From the NCBI RefSeq assembly GCF_009914755.1, contig NC_060944.1: DNA of 64,000 nt, one strand, 5' to 3'. Source of the stretch: the human T2T-CHM13v2.0 reference genome, Homo sapiens. The notes beneath the pieces are model-generated. The model made no database searches and was not told where the DNA came from. It worked only from the letters and a program-made list of their open reading frames with translations. This document shows positions 13,186-26,930 of the stretch, one piece after another (within the stretch, counting starts at the first letter, position 1; each line of letters begins with the position of its first letter). A program made the position numbers and the translations under genes.

Positions 13186-13812
13186 TGTGTGCATGGCTCT
13201 AAAGGAATACCTGGGGCTGCGTAATTTATAAAGAAAAGAGGTTGATTTTGGCTCACGGTTCTAAAGTCTGTACAGGAAGTGTGGTGCTGGCATCTGCTTC
13301 CAGTGAGGGCCTCAGGAAGCTTCCAATTATGGCGAAAGGTGAAGGGAGAAAAACGCGTATCACTTGGCGAAAGAGGGAGCTGGAGGAGAGGGAGATCCTA
13401 AGCTCTTTTAAACAACGAGCTCTCATGTGAACTCATCACCACTCATGACCATGGGAGAGGGCACAGGCCATTCCTGGGGGATCTGCCCCCATGATCCAAA
13501 CACCTCCCACCAGGCCCCGCCTCCCACATTGGGGATCACATTTCAACATGAGATGTGGAGGGGACCATGATCCAAACACCTCCCATCAGGCCCCGCCTCC
13601 CACATTGGGGATCACATTTCAACGTGAGATGTGGAGGGGACCATGATCCAAACACCTCCCACCAGACCCCGCCTCCCACATTGGGGATCACATTTCAACA
13701 TGAGATGTGGAGGGGACCATGATCCAAACACCTCCCACCAGGCCCCGCCTCCCACATTGGGGATCACATTTCAGCGTGAGATGTAGAGGGGACATACATC
13801 CCAACCGTGTCA
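13186..13812. mobile_element. MSTB-like MaLR LTR inserted into a MIR (MIR halves ~13130-13185 and ~13815-13960)
   Basis: taatttataaagaaaagagg...tggctcacggttct...gagggcctcaggaagcttccaat...gaggggacatacatcccaaccgtgtca. Confidence 0.85.
13489..13794 (+). repeat. 76-bp x 4 tandem repeat (minisatellite) inside the MST LTR
   Basis: atgatccaaacacc starts at 13491, 13567, 13643 and 13719; only a few differences between units. Confidence 0.97.
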
Positions 13813-14244
13813 CATCGTCATTCTGGGCAAGTCCCCAAATGTCTCTGAACCTCAGTTTTCTGACTGTCAAGTGGCACTGATAATGACACCTGGTGTGTGG
13901 GGTCATTCACAGAATTGATGAATTAATGAAGTTATGCAAAGCATCTCATCAAGTCATTCATTCAACAGTCTGCCACATTATAGGGACTCAATCAATGGTG
14001 TCATTTACTTATTTCTGCAAGTCAGATACTTCCCTAGGCCATTTCAAATCTTATTTCCCATTGCCATTTTTTTCACTGCATATAACCTTAAATATCCCAT
14101 CCCCTCCTCCATTTTGTGTCATGTTTAATGGAGAGAACATTTATTCCACAATCTTTGTATTTGCTAGGAAAGAACTGCCCAAACCCTTTGGTTTTACTCT
14201 CCACCCCTTATCCTCAGGGAGGAACAAGGTTTTCTGAAAAATGA

Positions 14245-14673
<429 letters not shown>

Positions 14674-17600
14674 TGGTCTCGATTTTTGATCTGTTTCTGG
14701 AATAATTCTTACTAGCACCTTCTTTTGGTCTCAGTGTGCCCCATTTGGGGTGGTAAACTCCAGTCACCTTGTATCTTTGTCATGCATTAGAAGTGTCTCT
14801 GTCTCTGGCACAGGGGGCAGCTATCCAGTTGTGTCTGCGACAAGGCAGGCAAGTTGGCTTAACTCAGGGGTGGCTAGTACTCTGCCTACTAGGATTCTGT
14901 AAAAAAGGAGACCTTATTTTTTTTTTAAGTCTCTAGCTGCCCACCTCCTGTATAGCTCCTTGTTGGGGTAGGACTCAGGCAGAAGAGAATGCTAGCAATC
15001 CTCCTACCCTGTCTGGAATTCATGTCCTCCAATTCCTATCTTATCCTACTCCTTAGTTAGACTAAATAAAACACTACCCATGATGTCTTTCCTACACCAT
15101 GCCACCATTCTCCATGAGCTTGGAGTAGCATCTACTTCCTCTGAACTCCCAGGGGTCCTTCTCTGTACCTCCAGGTGATACTTGTCCATTTATCCAGCAC
15201 AGCTATACTCACTCATTCATATACAGTTACATTCGTTCACTTGCTCTTTCAGGGCCAGTCCTGCCGTAGTCCACTTGTATATTCTCTACAGTCATCATGA
15301 GTATTTTGCTGATGGGATACAGTGGAAAACAATTTTTTTATGTGAATGAATAAGTGAATGAATTGATTTGGTTTCCAGGACTCGTGATTACAGCAGTACA
15401 CATTACCACTAGCCTAGTCCTTGAGTAGCAGGCTGGTGCTTCATTCTAGTCCATCCGGGGGACTTGCAATTGTGCCTACCTGCAGCTCTGAAGTTTATAA
15501 AAGTTAGACTTATGAATAAATACCATGGACAAGGACTAACTGTTTTAAAGATTGCTAACTACAGAAAATGCTCTGTGTTCATTAGGAGTTGTTAGCTGGG
15601 AGTGATAGCAGCCCAGCTCCATCTAGCTAACCAAAGAGGGTGTATCGGTTGACAGTGCATCCAGGGAGTATTGTGCAAGAGAAGGATGGGAGGTAATTGG
15701 ATGTCAGGAGTAACTGGACGTGAGGATTTGGAGGCTGCCAGGATGCACACCCCTTCATTGGTCCCCACATCCTTTGGCCTCACTCTTTCTCATCAGATTC
15801 TCTTTCTCCAAATGGAGGGGAGAATAGCTACCAGCTGCCCCAGGTTTTAAGGTGTCTGCCACTCAGTCACAGGAGAGACTGCTCAGGTCCTAGCAGTGTA
15901 GGAAAGACTCTGATTGTCCCAACCAGTGTTGCACCCACTTCCATACTATTACCTGCAGCAGAGGGTGGGCGCTGGGAAGGAAGTAAAAGGAGCTTGGGGA
16001 GGGCCTGGCAGCTCTAGTGGGGACCAAGCAGATAGGAGAGGGGTGGGTGTGGAGGAGCAGTTCTCAGAAGAAGGAGGGTCTGGGGAAATGGAACAAGGGA
16101 TGCCAACAAGAGATTCTTCAATAACAGCATTTACGCCATTGTACTCTTCAGTGCCGTGCACTGGGCATTTACCCTGGAGTGCTGGGGGTGAAGGGGGGCA
16201 AGGAGGACAAGAAGGAGACAGAAAAGCACAAAGCTAAGGAGGTAAGAACCGATACCTATTGAAAATGAATGGCCCTGAGAGCAGTGGGTCTTGGAAATGA
16301 CAGGGTAAATCAGGACCCTCACTAGGACATAACTAAGGCCACCTGAGGGTGAATATGTCATCATCCTTACAAGTTTGCATTACAGCCTCTCAATCAGCCG
16401 GTGTTGCAAGACATTAGGCCTGGAAGCCCAAAACTGAACCTCATAGACACCACCTCATGTTATTCAAGCCCTCCCATGTCCCTTTGCACAACTTGGTCGA
16501 ATGCACCAAAAGCTATCGTTTGTGTAGACAGCACCATGCACTCCACGCAGGGCCTTCCTGTATCAGTCCATTTGGGATCTGACTCCATGTAATGGGCAGG
16601 AAGAGCAGGCATCATTAGCCCCATTTTACAGACAGGGAAACCAAGGCTCTGGAGATGAATGACTTGCAGAGAGACAGAGCACAGGAGAACCACATGGTGT
16701 GGAAGAAAAAACCCATATCTTTCCATCTGGATAGGTACAATAATGCTAATGGAATGAATCAGTGAATAAGAAAAACATGGATTTTGGAATCACCTATTAG
16801 CTGGACAACTTTGGACAGGCTACTCGGTTCTCCCTCCTTGGAGCCTCGGTTTCTCCAACACCAAATGATGGAAATGGCATCTAATTAGCAGGATGGGGTG
16901 ATGCCCAGAGAGGGTGGGCATCAAATGCCTGGGTCACTCAGGCTCAATACTGGTGGCTTCAGGTTTAAGTGATAGAAACTGGATCAAAATCCAGGTCTTC
17001 CACCTAGTGGACCTGTTGTTTCCACTTCGCTCTTCCTCTTGCATTTTATCCTTCTTGCAAGCAATGAGAGTCTGATTCTGCAGTGAGGCTTTAGATCAGA
17101 ATAATCATGGTGTCTGATTCCGTGCACCTGAAAACATCTCACCCACCCCCCTGCACCCTCCTCTTACCATCACCTGTTGAGGGACAGTACACAGACCCCA
17201 AGACCATTTCTTTCCTGGCCAAAGACAAATCTCAGAAGTTGTGTGCATGGTTTATTGCTGTGGACCCTGGACCAGAAACACCAGCTATGCAGTGTTGAGC
17301 CCTGAGAATGTGGCAACATGATTCCCAGGCAGCACATAATTTCATCCTGACAACGGTTTTCAAAAGAAGTTACCATTTTTATCTTGATTTTTTAGATTAT
17401 ATAACTAGTAACCAGCCAAGGTACAGTGTGAACCCTGACATTCAATTCAACCAGCTGTGTTTTAAGCACTCTGCCATTCTGTGTCCAAGGACTTTGTGTC
17501 CTGGGACAATAGACATTTGGGTGCCAACCAGGGTGGACTCTACTAATAAGGAAGAGCCATTCTATGCTTTGGTGCTGGTGGGTAGGGGCAGTAGAGAGCC

Positions 17601-18876
17601 TCTATAATGACTGAATTGAGTGTCCTGTCTGCAAGGAGGGAGGGGGACGGCTCAGAAGGTAGTTAAAATCCTAGCTGAAACTGTAAAAATGAGGCTGGTC
17701 TTTCTTGTACATCGAATACATGGGCTTAAGCTTCTTTCTTGTCACACGTTACATCTAATCATTCAAGCTCGGATGTTTGCATGTGGCTGGTCACACTCAA
17801 CTTACCCTTGCTACACCTGTATGTTGTTTCTAATCAATGGCCATGTCACCAAAAACTTGAAAATGTTTATAAATTTAATCCATAGCTAAACGGTATTTAA
17901 AATGGGCAATACCGTGGCAAGAAATTATTTTTAAATAATCCCTATAGTGATAATTTTAGAAAGTGATAAATTCGGCCATTATAAAATGCATGCCTTGTAA
18001 TATATATAGTGCAGCTTCATAAACACACATGAAAAGTGCTTAATAAATATATGTGTTGAATGAACAAAGGAAAACATGAATGCTTTAAATTTTCTTATTC
18101 AAATTGCTCACCCTGTTTTCCAACGTCTACTAAGATTTTCACACGTACCATTTTTTTTCAAATCTAATAAAAGTTCTTATTTATGGTTTGAGTCACTCTG
18201 TCTTTGCAAAAGTGAGATCTGTTGGTGTCTTAAAGAAACATATATGCTCCTTGGAAACAAAATGAATCTCTTAATCTGAACACCAAGTGTTAAGTCATGA
18301 CAGCCTAGAAAAAAAAAGAAAGAAAAAAGAAAAAATACACATAGCACTAAAATCAGTACTAAGGATACTTCAGTGAAGGCAAATTCCACTGCATGTGACA
18401 TTATCTTCTGTCTTATGAATGGCAGCCAGACCTTGAACATGGAACAGAGGCACAGATGATTTATAGATTGCTAGCGTTGTTTATTGTCGTGTGAGGAATT
18501 CTCTCTGCATAGTTGGATTATCGCACTTCTTGTTGAGTAAAGGTTCAAGACATCATCTCAGAATCATAATATCAGTCAGGCTGAGCTGAATTCATATAGA
18601 AATTCAGTTACCATCAAATTTGCAATTGTAAATATTTTGAGAAAGAATTGGGTGAAATGAGTGGCACCGTTTTTCATGATCTGCGTGAACTAATGTGTCC
18701 TGTGCTGCAGGACAAAGTCTGTGGTAAGAGGATTCCAAATGAAACCCGCAGCAAGTGTCTCTACCACCCTTCCAGAAGTGTCACGTGGTGTGAGGTTTGC
18801 TAGCACCGTGTCCAAAAGCCACCTAAGCTGACAGCTGACACCTAAGCCCACCGCATGACAGGTTCCCTAAGCCTAG

Positions 18877-19090
18877 AACAGTTTCTCAACTGTGACACTG
18901 TCAGCATTTGGGCTCAGACGACCCTTTCTGGGGGCCGTCCTGTGCGCTGTAGGATATGAACCTGCGTCCCTGGCTTTCATTTGCCAGATGCCGGCAGCAG
19001 CTGCCCTGCACTTGCGGCAATCAAAACTGTCTCCAGCCATTTCCAAATGACCCTAGGGGCAGAATCGCCCAAGGTAAGACCGGCTGGTTT
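18877..19090. mobile_element. MER20
   Basis: gtttctcaac...catttgggc...gtcctgtgcgctgtagga...gatgccggcagc...gtctccagccatt...ggggcagaatcgccc. Confidence 0.7.
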
Positions 19091-19632
19091 AGTCACACAT
19101 CTTTTCACCCTGTTCTGGTGTCACTGGACATTGGGCCTCAGCATCGGCTGTCCCAAAACGAAGGCAGAGTACAAATATAAAAGCACCCTGAACCAATGAG
19201 TCTGCACTCAGCAAGCAGGGTTTTCTCTGTTCCTGTGCAGGTAAATGGGACCGTGGAGGTAACTCCAGATCACCCAGGTGCCCCTCTTCTTCCTCACTGC
19301 CTGCCTCTGAAACAAGGACATTCTCTGTGCCACACAAGTTGCCAAAGATCTCCTGGGACCCAGCACTTAGCACGTGTTGAGGCTATAAATGCTTAGTACT
19401 CATGCCAGGTGAGCTTGCTCACTGTGATCTCCCAGCACCCAGCACAGACGTTGGCACTTATGGGTACTCTGCAAACCTTCTCTGAATGAATGCGGCACCT
19501 GCAGGGAGTCAGGGACCCTTTAAGATCCTCTTTTGTCCCTTCATCACTTTGCCTTGACAATTGTGTTAAGCCAGGATGAATGAAAAGTCAAGAAATTTTG
19601 AAAACTACTTTCCATTTATTCCTTCCTTTAAC

Positions 19633-19951
19633 CTGGTGATTCTCAATCTATCAGTCATCTGTGGTGAGAAAGCTTTTTTTTTTTTTTGAACAATTTCCAA
19701 TCCTTCATGGATCAGTACTTTTCAGAAATACAATCAATCAATCGATTACTATAAAATAGAATGGTAAAGTAAAGCCATAAAAACACAAGCCCATTTTAAA
19801 TATTAGTAGATTCAAAAGAAACAAAACACTCAGTCAATTTGTTATAATAGTTCCTAAACTCCTACTCTGAATTTCTGTGCCTATCTCCCTTGGATGGTAA
19901 AAAACAGTTTGCAGATCCCAGCAGGTCGGGGACCACACTTAAGTAGTCTTG
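19633..19951. mobile_element. hAT-Charlie-type DNA transposon fragment
   Basis: Ends resemble Charlie TIRs (ctggtgattctcaa ... ggaccacacttaagtagtcttg); AT-rich interior. Confidence 0.45.
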
Positions 19952-20079
19952 CTTTAACTGACTTTGCTAGTTTGGGACATCAAACTAGCCAATGTCTCCA
20001 GTACTTTTGATTAATGGCCATGTATGGCCCCAATCAAGATCCAGGTTTCTGTTTGGTGTGCAGAAGACTAGGATCCTTT

Positions 20080-23000
20080 TTTTTTCTTGATATCTGAAAT
20101 TTTTCAACCATAGAAAAGTTTAAATGACAGTAATAATAACAGTAAAATAAACATGCAGGGAGGTACTCTTCCTACAGATTCAGCAATTGTTAATATTTTA
20201 TCATACCCTCCCCCAGCCAGCCCCCTGCATCCCAGGAAACTCCTCAGTCCCAGGCAAACTGTGATGGTTGATCACACGCTCCCTACTTAATCTAGATTAT
20301 TCCTCCCACCTCCTTTTCCACGTTCAGGCGGGACATCTCACATTCTGGACCTACCTGACTGTTTCCTTGGCATTTGATTCAAGGCAAATATTCCTGAAAA
20401 GAACACCATGGAGGTGAAGCTGCCCACCTCTCACCACCCTGCCAGGGCACACCAGGACTTCCCACAGTTGGGAAGCTAAGCTTGATCACTTGATTAAGGT
20501 GGTGTCCATTGCAAAGGCACATTTTCCTTTGGTAATTAATAAGTAATCATGGATATCATGCATCTTCTTTTCCCATCAACCTATCAGTCCAGTGGCTTTT
20601 TGGGTCCATTGATAATCCCTGCCTGAATCAATGATTACAATTAGAGTTACAAACTGGTTATTTTTTAATTCTATCACACTATTTGTGTATATTTGCCCAC
20701 ACTCATCTATTAAAAAAGCTCCCCTTTTGTTCTCTTCCTCATACCCCTTATATTTAAAAATACATCAGTATGGGCTTATAAATATCAGTTTTATTCACTA
20801 CTATAAACTGTTACCATATTTTTCCTTATTTTTGGTGCTCAAATTTGTCCCCCATTGACCAGTGGGAAGCCCTGAAGTCCAGCTCCTATTCACGTTGGAC
20901 GTGCCACATTGGGCTTTGAGCACTTTTCTACTTCCTGTCACATATAAAAGTTCTAAGTATGCCTCGTGCTTTTCCTGCCCTGGGCCCAGAATGCATTCCT
21001 TCACAGAGTCCAGGTAACTTATACGGTAAATGGCTTTAGGAAGCAAGACCTGGCACTGTGTGTGGTCACTACAACTGGGTGCCATTGCTTCTAGGCCCTT
21101 CCAGTTGTCAAAGTGAAGAATTTTTTTGTCTTTTAGGCCACAAATGTATACCGTTATCTCCAATTTCACTTAAACACCAGAGGTTTTTCTTCAATTCCCC
21201 CATTTTATATTTTCATCTCCCATCTCTTGCAATAAAAACTCTCTTTAAACAACATCAATATTTGTAGTCATTTGCTAAATATTATGATACATTCAAAGTA
21301 ATTTCAGAATTACACCATCACATCACTACGGTCATCCCACCTCCTGAGTAAACAGCATAGGATGTCTGGGTCATTCTTTTAGCCTTAGAATATTTTCCAC
21401 TGAGGTGTCTAGTTAGAAAGCTATATGCAAGACTTACTCAAAATAATTAATTCTCTGCATGTTATGTTATCAAATTGACTTACAGTTAGATTTATTTGGG
21501 AATATATATGAATATATAACATTACATATTATATTTTATGTTAATATATATTATAGGATATCTATATTATGTTATCAAATTGACCTACAGTTAGATTTAT
21601 TTAGAAGTGTATATATATGAATATATAAATATATATATTCTTGGGATTTTCTTTTGTATCACTAATAGGTCTTTGGATATGTAAAATCTCTATGGAATTC
21701 AAAAGTGAAACCAAATACAAGTGTATACTCAAAGACTTTCTTTCTATTCCACCTCTTTACCATTTTGATTACCTTCTCCTTTTATTTTACTGGCTTTTTA
21801 TTTTGCAAAATTAAGCAAATGTATATTTGCACAGGTACACATGCTACACACATACATGAGCAAACACACTTACTTTTTTTCTACTTATACGGAAGCTAAA
21901 AACTATATATGATATTTTACATCTTGCTTTTCCTTAACAACGTACCCTAGAAGTGACCCAATTTCAGTTCATAGAGATCTTTTTGTATTTTATAAATTTT
22001 TGTTTTGTGTTTATTTTAATTTTTTTAAAATTCTTTTAAGCTAGAGGCATCATGTTACCTGACTTCAAACTATGCTACAAGGCTATAGTAACCAAAACAG
22101 TATGCATGGTACTGGTATAAAAACAGATACATAGACCAATGGGACAGAAAAGAGAGCCCAGAAATAACACTGCATATCTATAACCATCTGCTCTTCAACA
22201 GGTTAAAAAAGCAATGAGGAAAGGACTCTCTATTCAATAAATGGTGCTGGGACAGCTGGCTAGCCATATGCAGAAGATTGAAACAGGACCCCTTCCTTAC
22301 ACCATATAGAAAAATCACCTCAAGATGATTTAATGATGGATTAAAGACTTAATGTAAAACCTGAAACTGTAAAAACCCTAGAAGATAACCTAGGAAATAC
22401 CATCATGGACATAGGACCTGACAAAGACTTCGCAACGAAGATGCCAAAAGCAATTGAGACAAAAATAAAAATTGACAAATAGGACCTAACCAAACTAAAG
22501 AGCTTCTGCACAGCAAAAGAAACTATCAACAGAGTAAACAGTCAACCTGCAAAATGGAAGAAAATATTTGCAAACTATGCATCCAACAAAACTCTAATAT
22601 CCAGAATCTATAAGAGACTTAAACAAATCAACAAGTGAAAAATAAACAACCCCATTAAAAAGTGGGCAAAGGACATGATTACACACTTTTCAGAAAAAAG
22701 GCATATGTGTGTCAAACAAGCATATGAAAAAAAATGCTTGACATCACTAATTGTTATAGAAATGCACATCAAAACCAGAATGAGATACCACCTCATACCA
22801 GACAGAATGGCTATTATTAAAGTCAAAACAAAAACAAAAACAAAAGTTGCTGGTGAGATTGAGGTTGCAGAGAAAAGGGAACACTTATACACTGCTGGTG
22901 GGAATGTAAATTAGTTCAGCCATTGTGGAAATCAGTTTAGTGATTTCTTAAAGAACCCAGCAATCCATTATTGGGTATATACTCAAAGGAATATAAATCA

Positions 23001-23800
23001 TTCTACCATAAAGACACATGCACATGTAAGTTCATTATAGTACTGTTTGTAATAGCAAAGACATGGAATCAACCTAAATGCCCATTAACAGTAGACTGGA
23101 TAAAGGCAATGTGGTGTGGTGCGTATACACCATGGAAATACCATGCAGCCATATAAAATAATGAGATTATGTTCTTTGTAGCAACATGCGTGGAGCTGAA
23201 GGCCATTATCCTAAGTGAACTATCACAGGAACAGAAAACCAAATACTGCATGTTCTCACTTATAAGTGGGAGCTAAACACTGAGTACATACGAACCTAGG
23301 AAGGGAACAACAGACACCAGAATCTACTTGAGGGTGAAGAGGGGGAAGAGGGTGACTGTGCTTATTACCTGTGTGGCAAAATATCTGATCACCAAATCCC
23401 TGTGACATGCAATTTACCTGTATAACAAACTGACACACTGGTATATAGGTAAACAGACCAGTTTATATAGGTAAATTAACATACCTGAACCTAAATTGAT
23501 GGTAAAAAGAATCTTATTATGTTAATTTGCCTAGTACTGTGTGGTAGCAGATATATCATAATTTATTCATCCAGTCTCCTCTGGGTGGGCATCTGGGTTA
23601 GTTATTTCTAAACATAAAATTGTCAAATAACATACAAATGCCTGGGCACACATTGTTTTATATTGTGAAGGTATATCTCGAGGGTAAATTCCTAGAAGTG
23701 GAATAGCTGGGTCAAGGGAAAAATATATATTTGATTTTAATAGACATTGTCAACTCCCCCTCATCCGGGTTGTGTGTGGGATGGAAAGGCGGCCTTCTCT
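20080..23800 (-). mobile_element. Old L1M (MC/ME-type) 3' region, interrupted by the L1PA16-like element
   Basis: gatcacttgattaaggtggtgtc, ctcaaatttgtccccattgaccagtgggaagccc and gggtaaattcctagaagtggaatagctgggtcaaggg motifs. Confidence 0.6.
22039..23510 (+). mobile_element. L1PA15/16-like, 5'-truncated (ORF2 3' end + 3' UTR)
   Basis: acctgacttcaaactatgctacaagg..., ctcacttataagtgggagctaaac..., gtgacatgcaatttacctgtataacaaac; ORF track gives L1 ORF2 C-terminal peptides. Confidence 0.85.
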
Positions 23801-23953
23801 TGTGCAAGTCGCCTGGCGCGTGAAGTCTGTCCCACCAAGGGGAGCTCCTTCTTTTGTATTTACACGTCCCCATGCCCTCGAGCTCAAAATCCCCACTTTC
23901 CGACTGGTAGGCTGACTCAGTACTAATAGGAGAGGTTTTCTTAAGATTAAAAT

Positions 23954-24266
<313 letters not shown>

Positions 24267-24401
24267 GAGTAAAAGTTTCTTAACCCAACCTTGGAGCATG
24301 TTTCAATGGCCTGGAATGGGGATGTTAAAAAGATATTTTTAAAATTAAAATCCCAGGAGATTTCATTTTTCTGTCAGGGTCAGAATCACTGTGGCCTACA
24401 G

Positions 24402-24580
24402 CAGTGGTTCTCAAACTTGGCTGCACATTGGACTCACTCAGCAAGTTACGAAACGTGGTGATGCCAGGTTCTCACCTTGAGAGATGCAGACGTCATTGGC
24501 CACCAGGGTCACCTGCGCATCAGGGTTTTTGCAGACTGAGAAGCAGTTCGAACGTGCAGTCCAGTGGAAGAATCCCTGCC
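24402..24580. mobile_element. MER5A-family
   Basis: cagtggttctcaaacttggctgcacattgg ... aacgtgcagtccagtggaagaatccctg. Confidence 0.7.
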
Positions 24581-24959
24581 CTACACCAAAGCTCCATACA
24601 GCATTATTGCACAGAGCAGGGGATTGATCAAATGGACTTTCTCGCTTTGCTTTACTCAGCGCCTCCTCTTCTGCCTGTCATAGGGACCTCGTGGGGTCTT
24701 GATTCTGTCTAATGTTGCCTAGTGAGTCCGTTGTCAAGGTTAAGATCATTCTTTCCATGGTTGTGATTAGCGGTTATGTACATCTTCACTAGGATGCCCT
24801 GAGGACCCCAACACACACACTACTGAGAGCTCCTGCAGGTCTTCCATCCAAGAGCTACCTCCTTGGGCTTAGCACTATTTTCTCATTAAGGCCATCCCTT
24901 GCCTTTCTTTTCATTCCTTGTATTCCATACCATTAAATTTTATGTATAGTATAGATGGA

Positions 24960-25590
24960 CAATATCAGACAAATTATAGATCCATGTATGTATAGTCTGT
25001 ACAATTTTGATATATTCAATTTTATTTAATGGATATGATGTGCCATATTATATCAATTATATATATATTTATAATTGAATAAAATGTAAAAAAATTGAAA
25101 TATACATATATACTTATATATTAATTGTTTGCATTCCTTACATTCCATTAAGTTCTATATATCATTATATTAATTTTGCAACAATAATATATTATATATA
25201 TAATTTCTATAATAGTATCATAGATAATATAATTTATATAATAATATGATATATGGCCGGGCACACGGTGGCCCAAGCCTGTAATCCCAGCACTTTGGGA
25301 GGCCGAGGGAGGCGGATCATGAGGTCAGGAGTTTGAGACCATCCTGGCCAACATGGTGAAACCCCGTCTCTACCAAAGATACAAAAAAGTTAGCTGGGCG
25401 TAGTGGCCTGCTACTCGGGAGGCTGAGGCAGGAGAATCACTGAACCTGGGAGGCAGAGGTTGCAGTGCGTTGAGATCAGGCCACTGCACTCCAGTCTGGG
25501 CGACGGAGCAAGACTCCATCTCAAAAATAATAATAATAATATATAATATTATATATTACATATATAATGTAAGGGATGTATATAGATATG
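24960..25590. repeat. AT/TA-rich low-complexity tract around an Alu
   Basis: Degenerate (TA)n/(TAA)n runs on both sides of the Alu. Confidence 0.8.
25255..25540 (+). mobile_element. AluS (Sg/Sc-like) with small internal deletion and (AAT)n tail
   Basis: ggatcatgaggtcaggag, gagaccatcctggccaac; the gcgcctgtagtccca segment is missing. Confidence 0.92.
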
Positions 25591-25689
25591 CTTCTATACA
25601 CGCTGCAGTCTACTTCTATTTCTTACCTCTAGCAATTTTTGTCATTAAAGCAATTCTCCATTCACTTTTCTACCATCTCTATTGTTTCT

Positions 25690-26930
25690 GCTCCATACCC
25701 TACATGGGCAAAGGATGTGGTCAGGAAATTCAGAAAAGAAATCTAAACAGTCAGCAACTGCAAAAAATGGTTGCTCCATCTCAGAAGTAGTCAGGGACCC
25801 ACAGGTGAAAACAGTAATTTTGGCGCACGATACTGACAACGAGAATTGAAGATGGACGTCTCTGAGAGCGGGGAGCATTTGAGCATAGGGCAGTGTCCAG
25901 TGCCGTTCAGGGTTAGTTAAATTGGCACACATGTGTGCAGGACAGATTATTGACATGTTGCAGATTGAAGTGTATGTATGCTCCAACCCAGCCATCCAAT
26001 CCCTAGAAAGCCTCTGAAGGAAGATACTTTATGTTCTCAATAGCAATTATTTGCTGGAAGAGAAAAATGAATAGAAGAGAATGAAGAAAGAATACATTTT
26101 ATGCTCTGCTTTTCATGATGTTGAGAACTTCTATCCTGAGCACGAATGTATTACTGTGTAAGTTTAAAAATAAATAAATTTATAGAGAGGTGGCTAATGG
26201 ACTATTGCTAATAATTCAGAAAAGAAGAAATAAAAATTATTTCTTAAAAATCAAAAAACAACACTAGTTAAAAAATGTAAATGAAGATATTTAAAAATAT
26301 GACTGAACAAAGGCTAAAATATATTTGTATTTATATGTTAATATAATATATACGTATAATTAAATATATTTATAACTTGTAAAAGTTTGAGGCAGTTGTG
26401 GTAGGGAGAAGGACGTTTAACAATTGTTTGTGAAAATTTAAATGGATACCATATACCTGCCGGGCCACGTAGAAATACAAATTAAAATGTTTAAAAATGC
26501 CCATAGCTTTCCTCCCAGAAATTTATCTTCTAAGATTAGAGCCTAAGAAATAATTATAGAATATAACATGTACAAAGATTTATGTTAGAAGATATATGCT
26601 GCATTATTATTTATAATAGAAACAAATGGGAACTACCGAATATTCTTTATTAAGTTGGTTAAACACACAATGGCATTATATTATGATTAAATACTACACT
26701 ATAAATCATTAGGGATAATATAAGAAATATGTATTACATTGGAAAATGCATACAGTATTTTTTTTTAAAGAAAAGAGCTATAGAGCTGAAGTAGTAGGAT
26801 AATCTATTAGTAATCCATGGTCATCTATAGGGAAAGGGATCATGGGTGGCTTCTATTTTACTGTTTGTGGCCTCTGAATACAAATATAATATTTGCATTC
26901 AGGATAAAAGTATAAAATTTCAAAACAAAC
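25690..26930 (+). mobile_element. L1ME-type fragments
   Basis: atgggcaaaggatgtg...cagaaaagaaat; gtacaaagatttatgttagaagat...gcattattatttataata (L1 ORF2 end/3' UTR-like). Confidence 0.5.

Noticed and set aside
13489-13794. CRISPR-like array
   Set aside because: Head-to-tail units with no unique spacers, derived from an LTR, in eukaryotic DNA.
18688-18729. Possible 13-nt microexon (branch point, tgcag|GACAAAGTCTGTG|gtaaga)
   Set aside because: Not frame-preserving, weak pyrimidine tract and no host gene evident.
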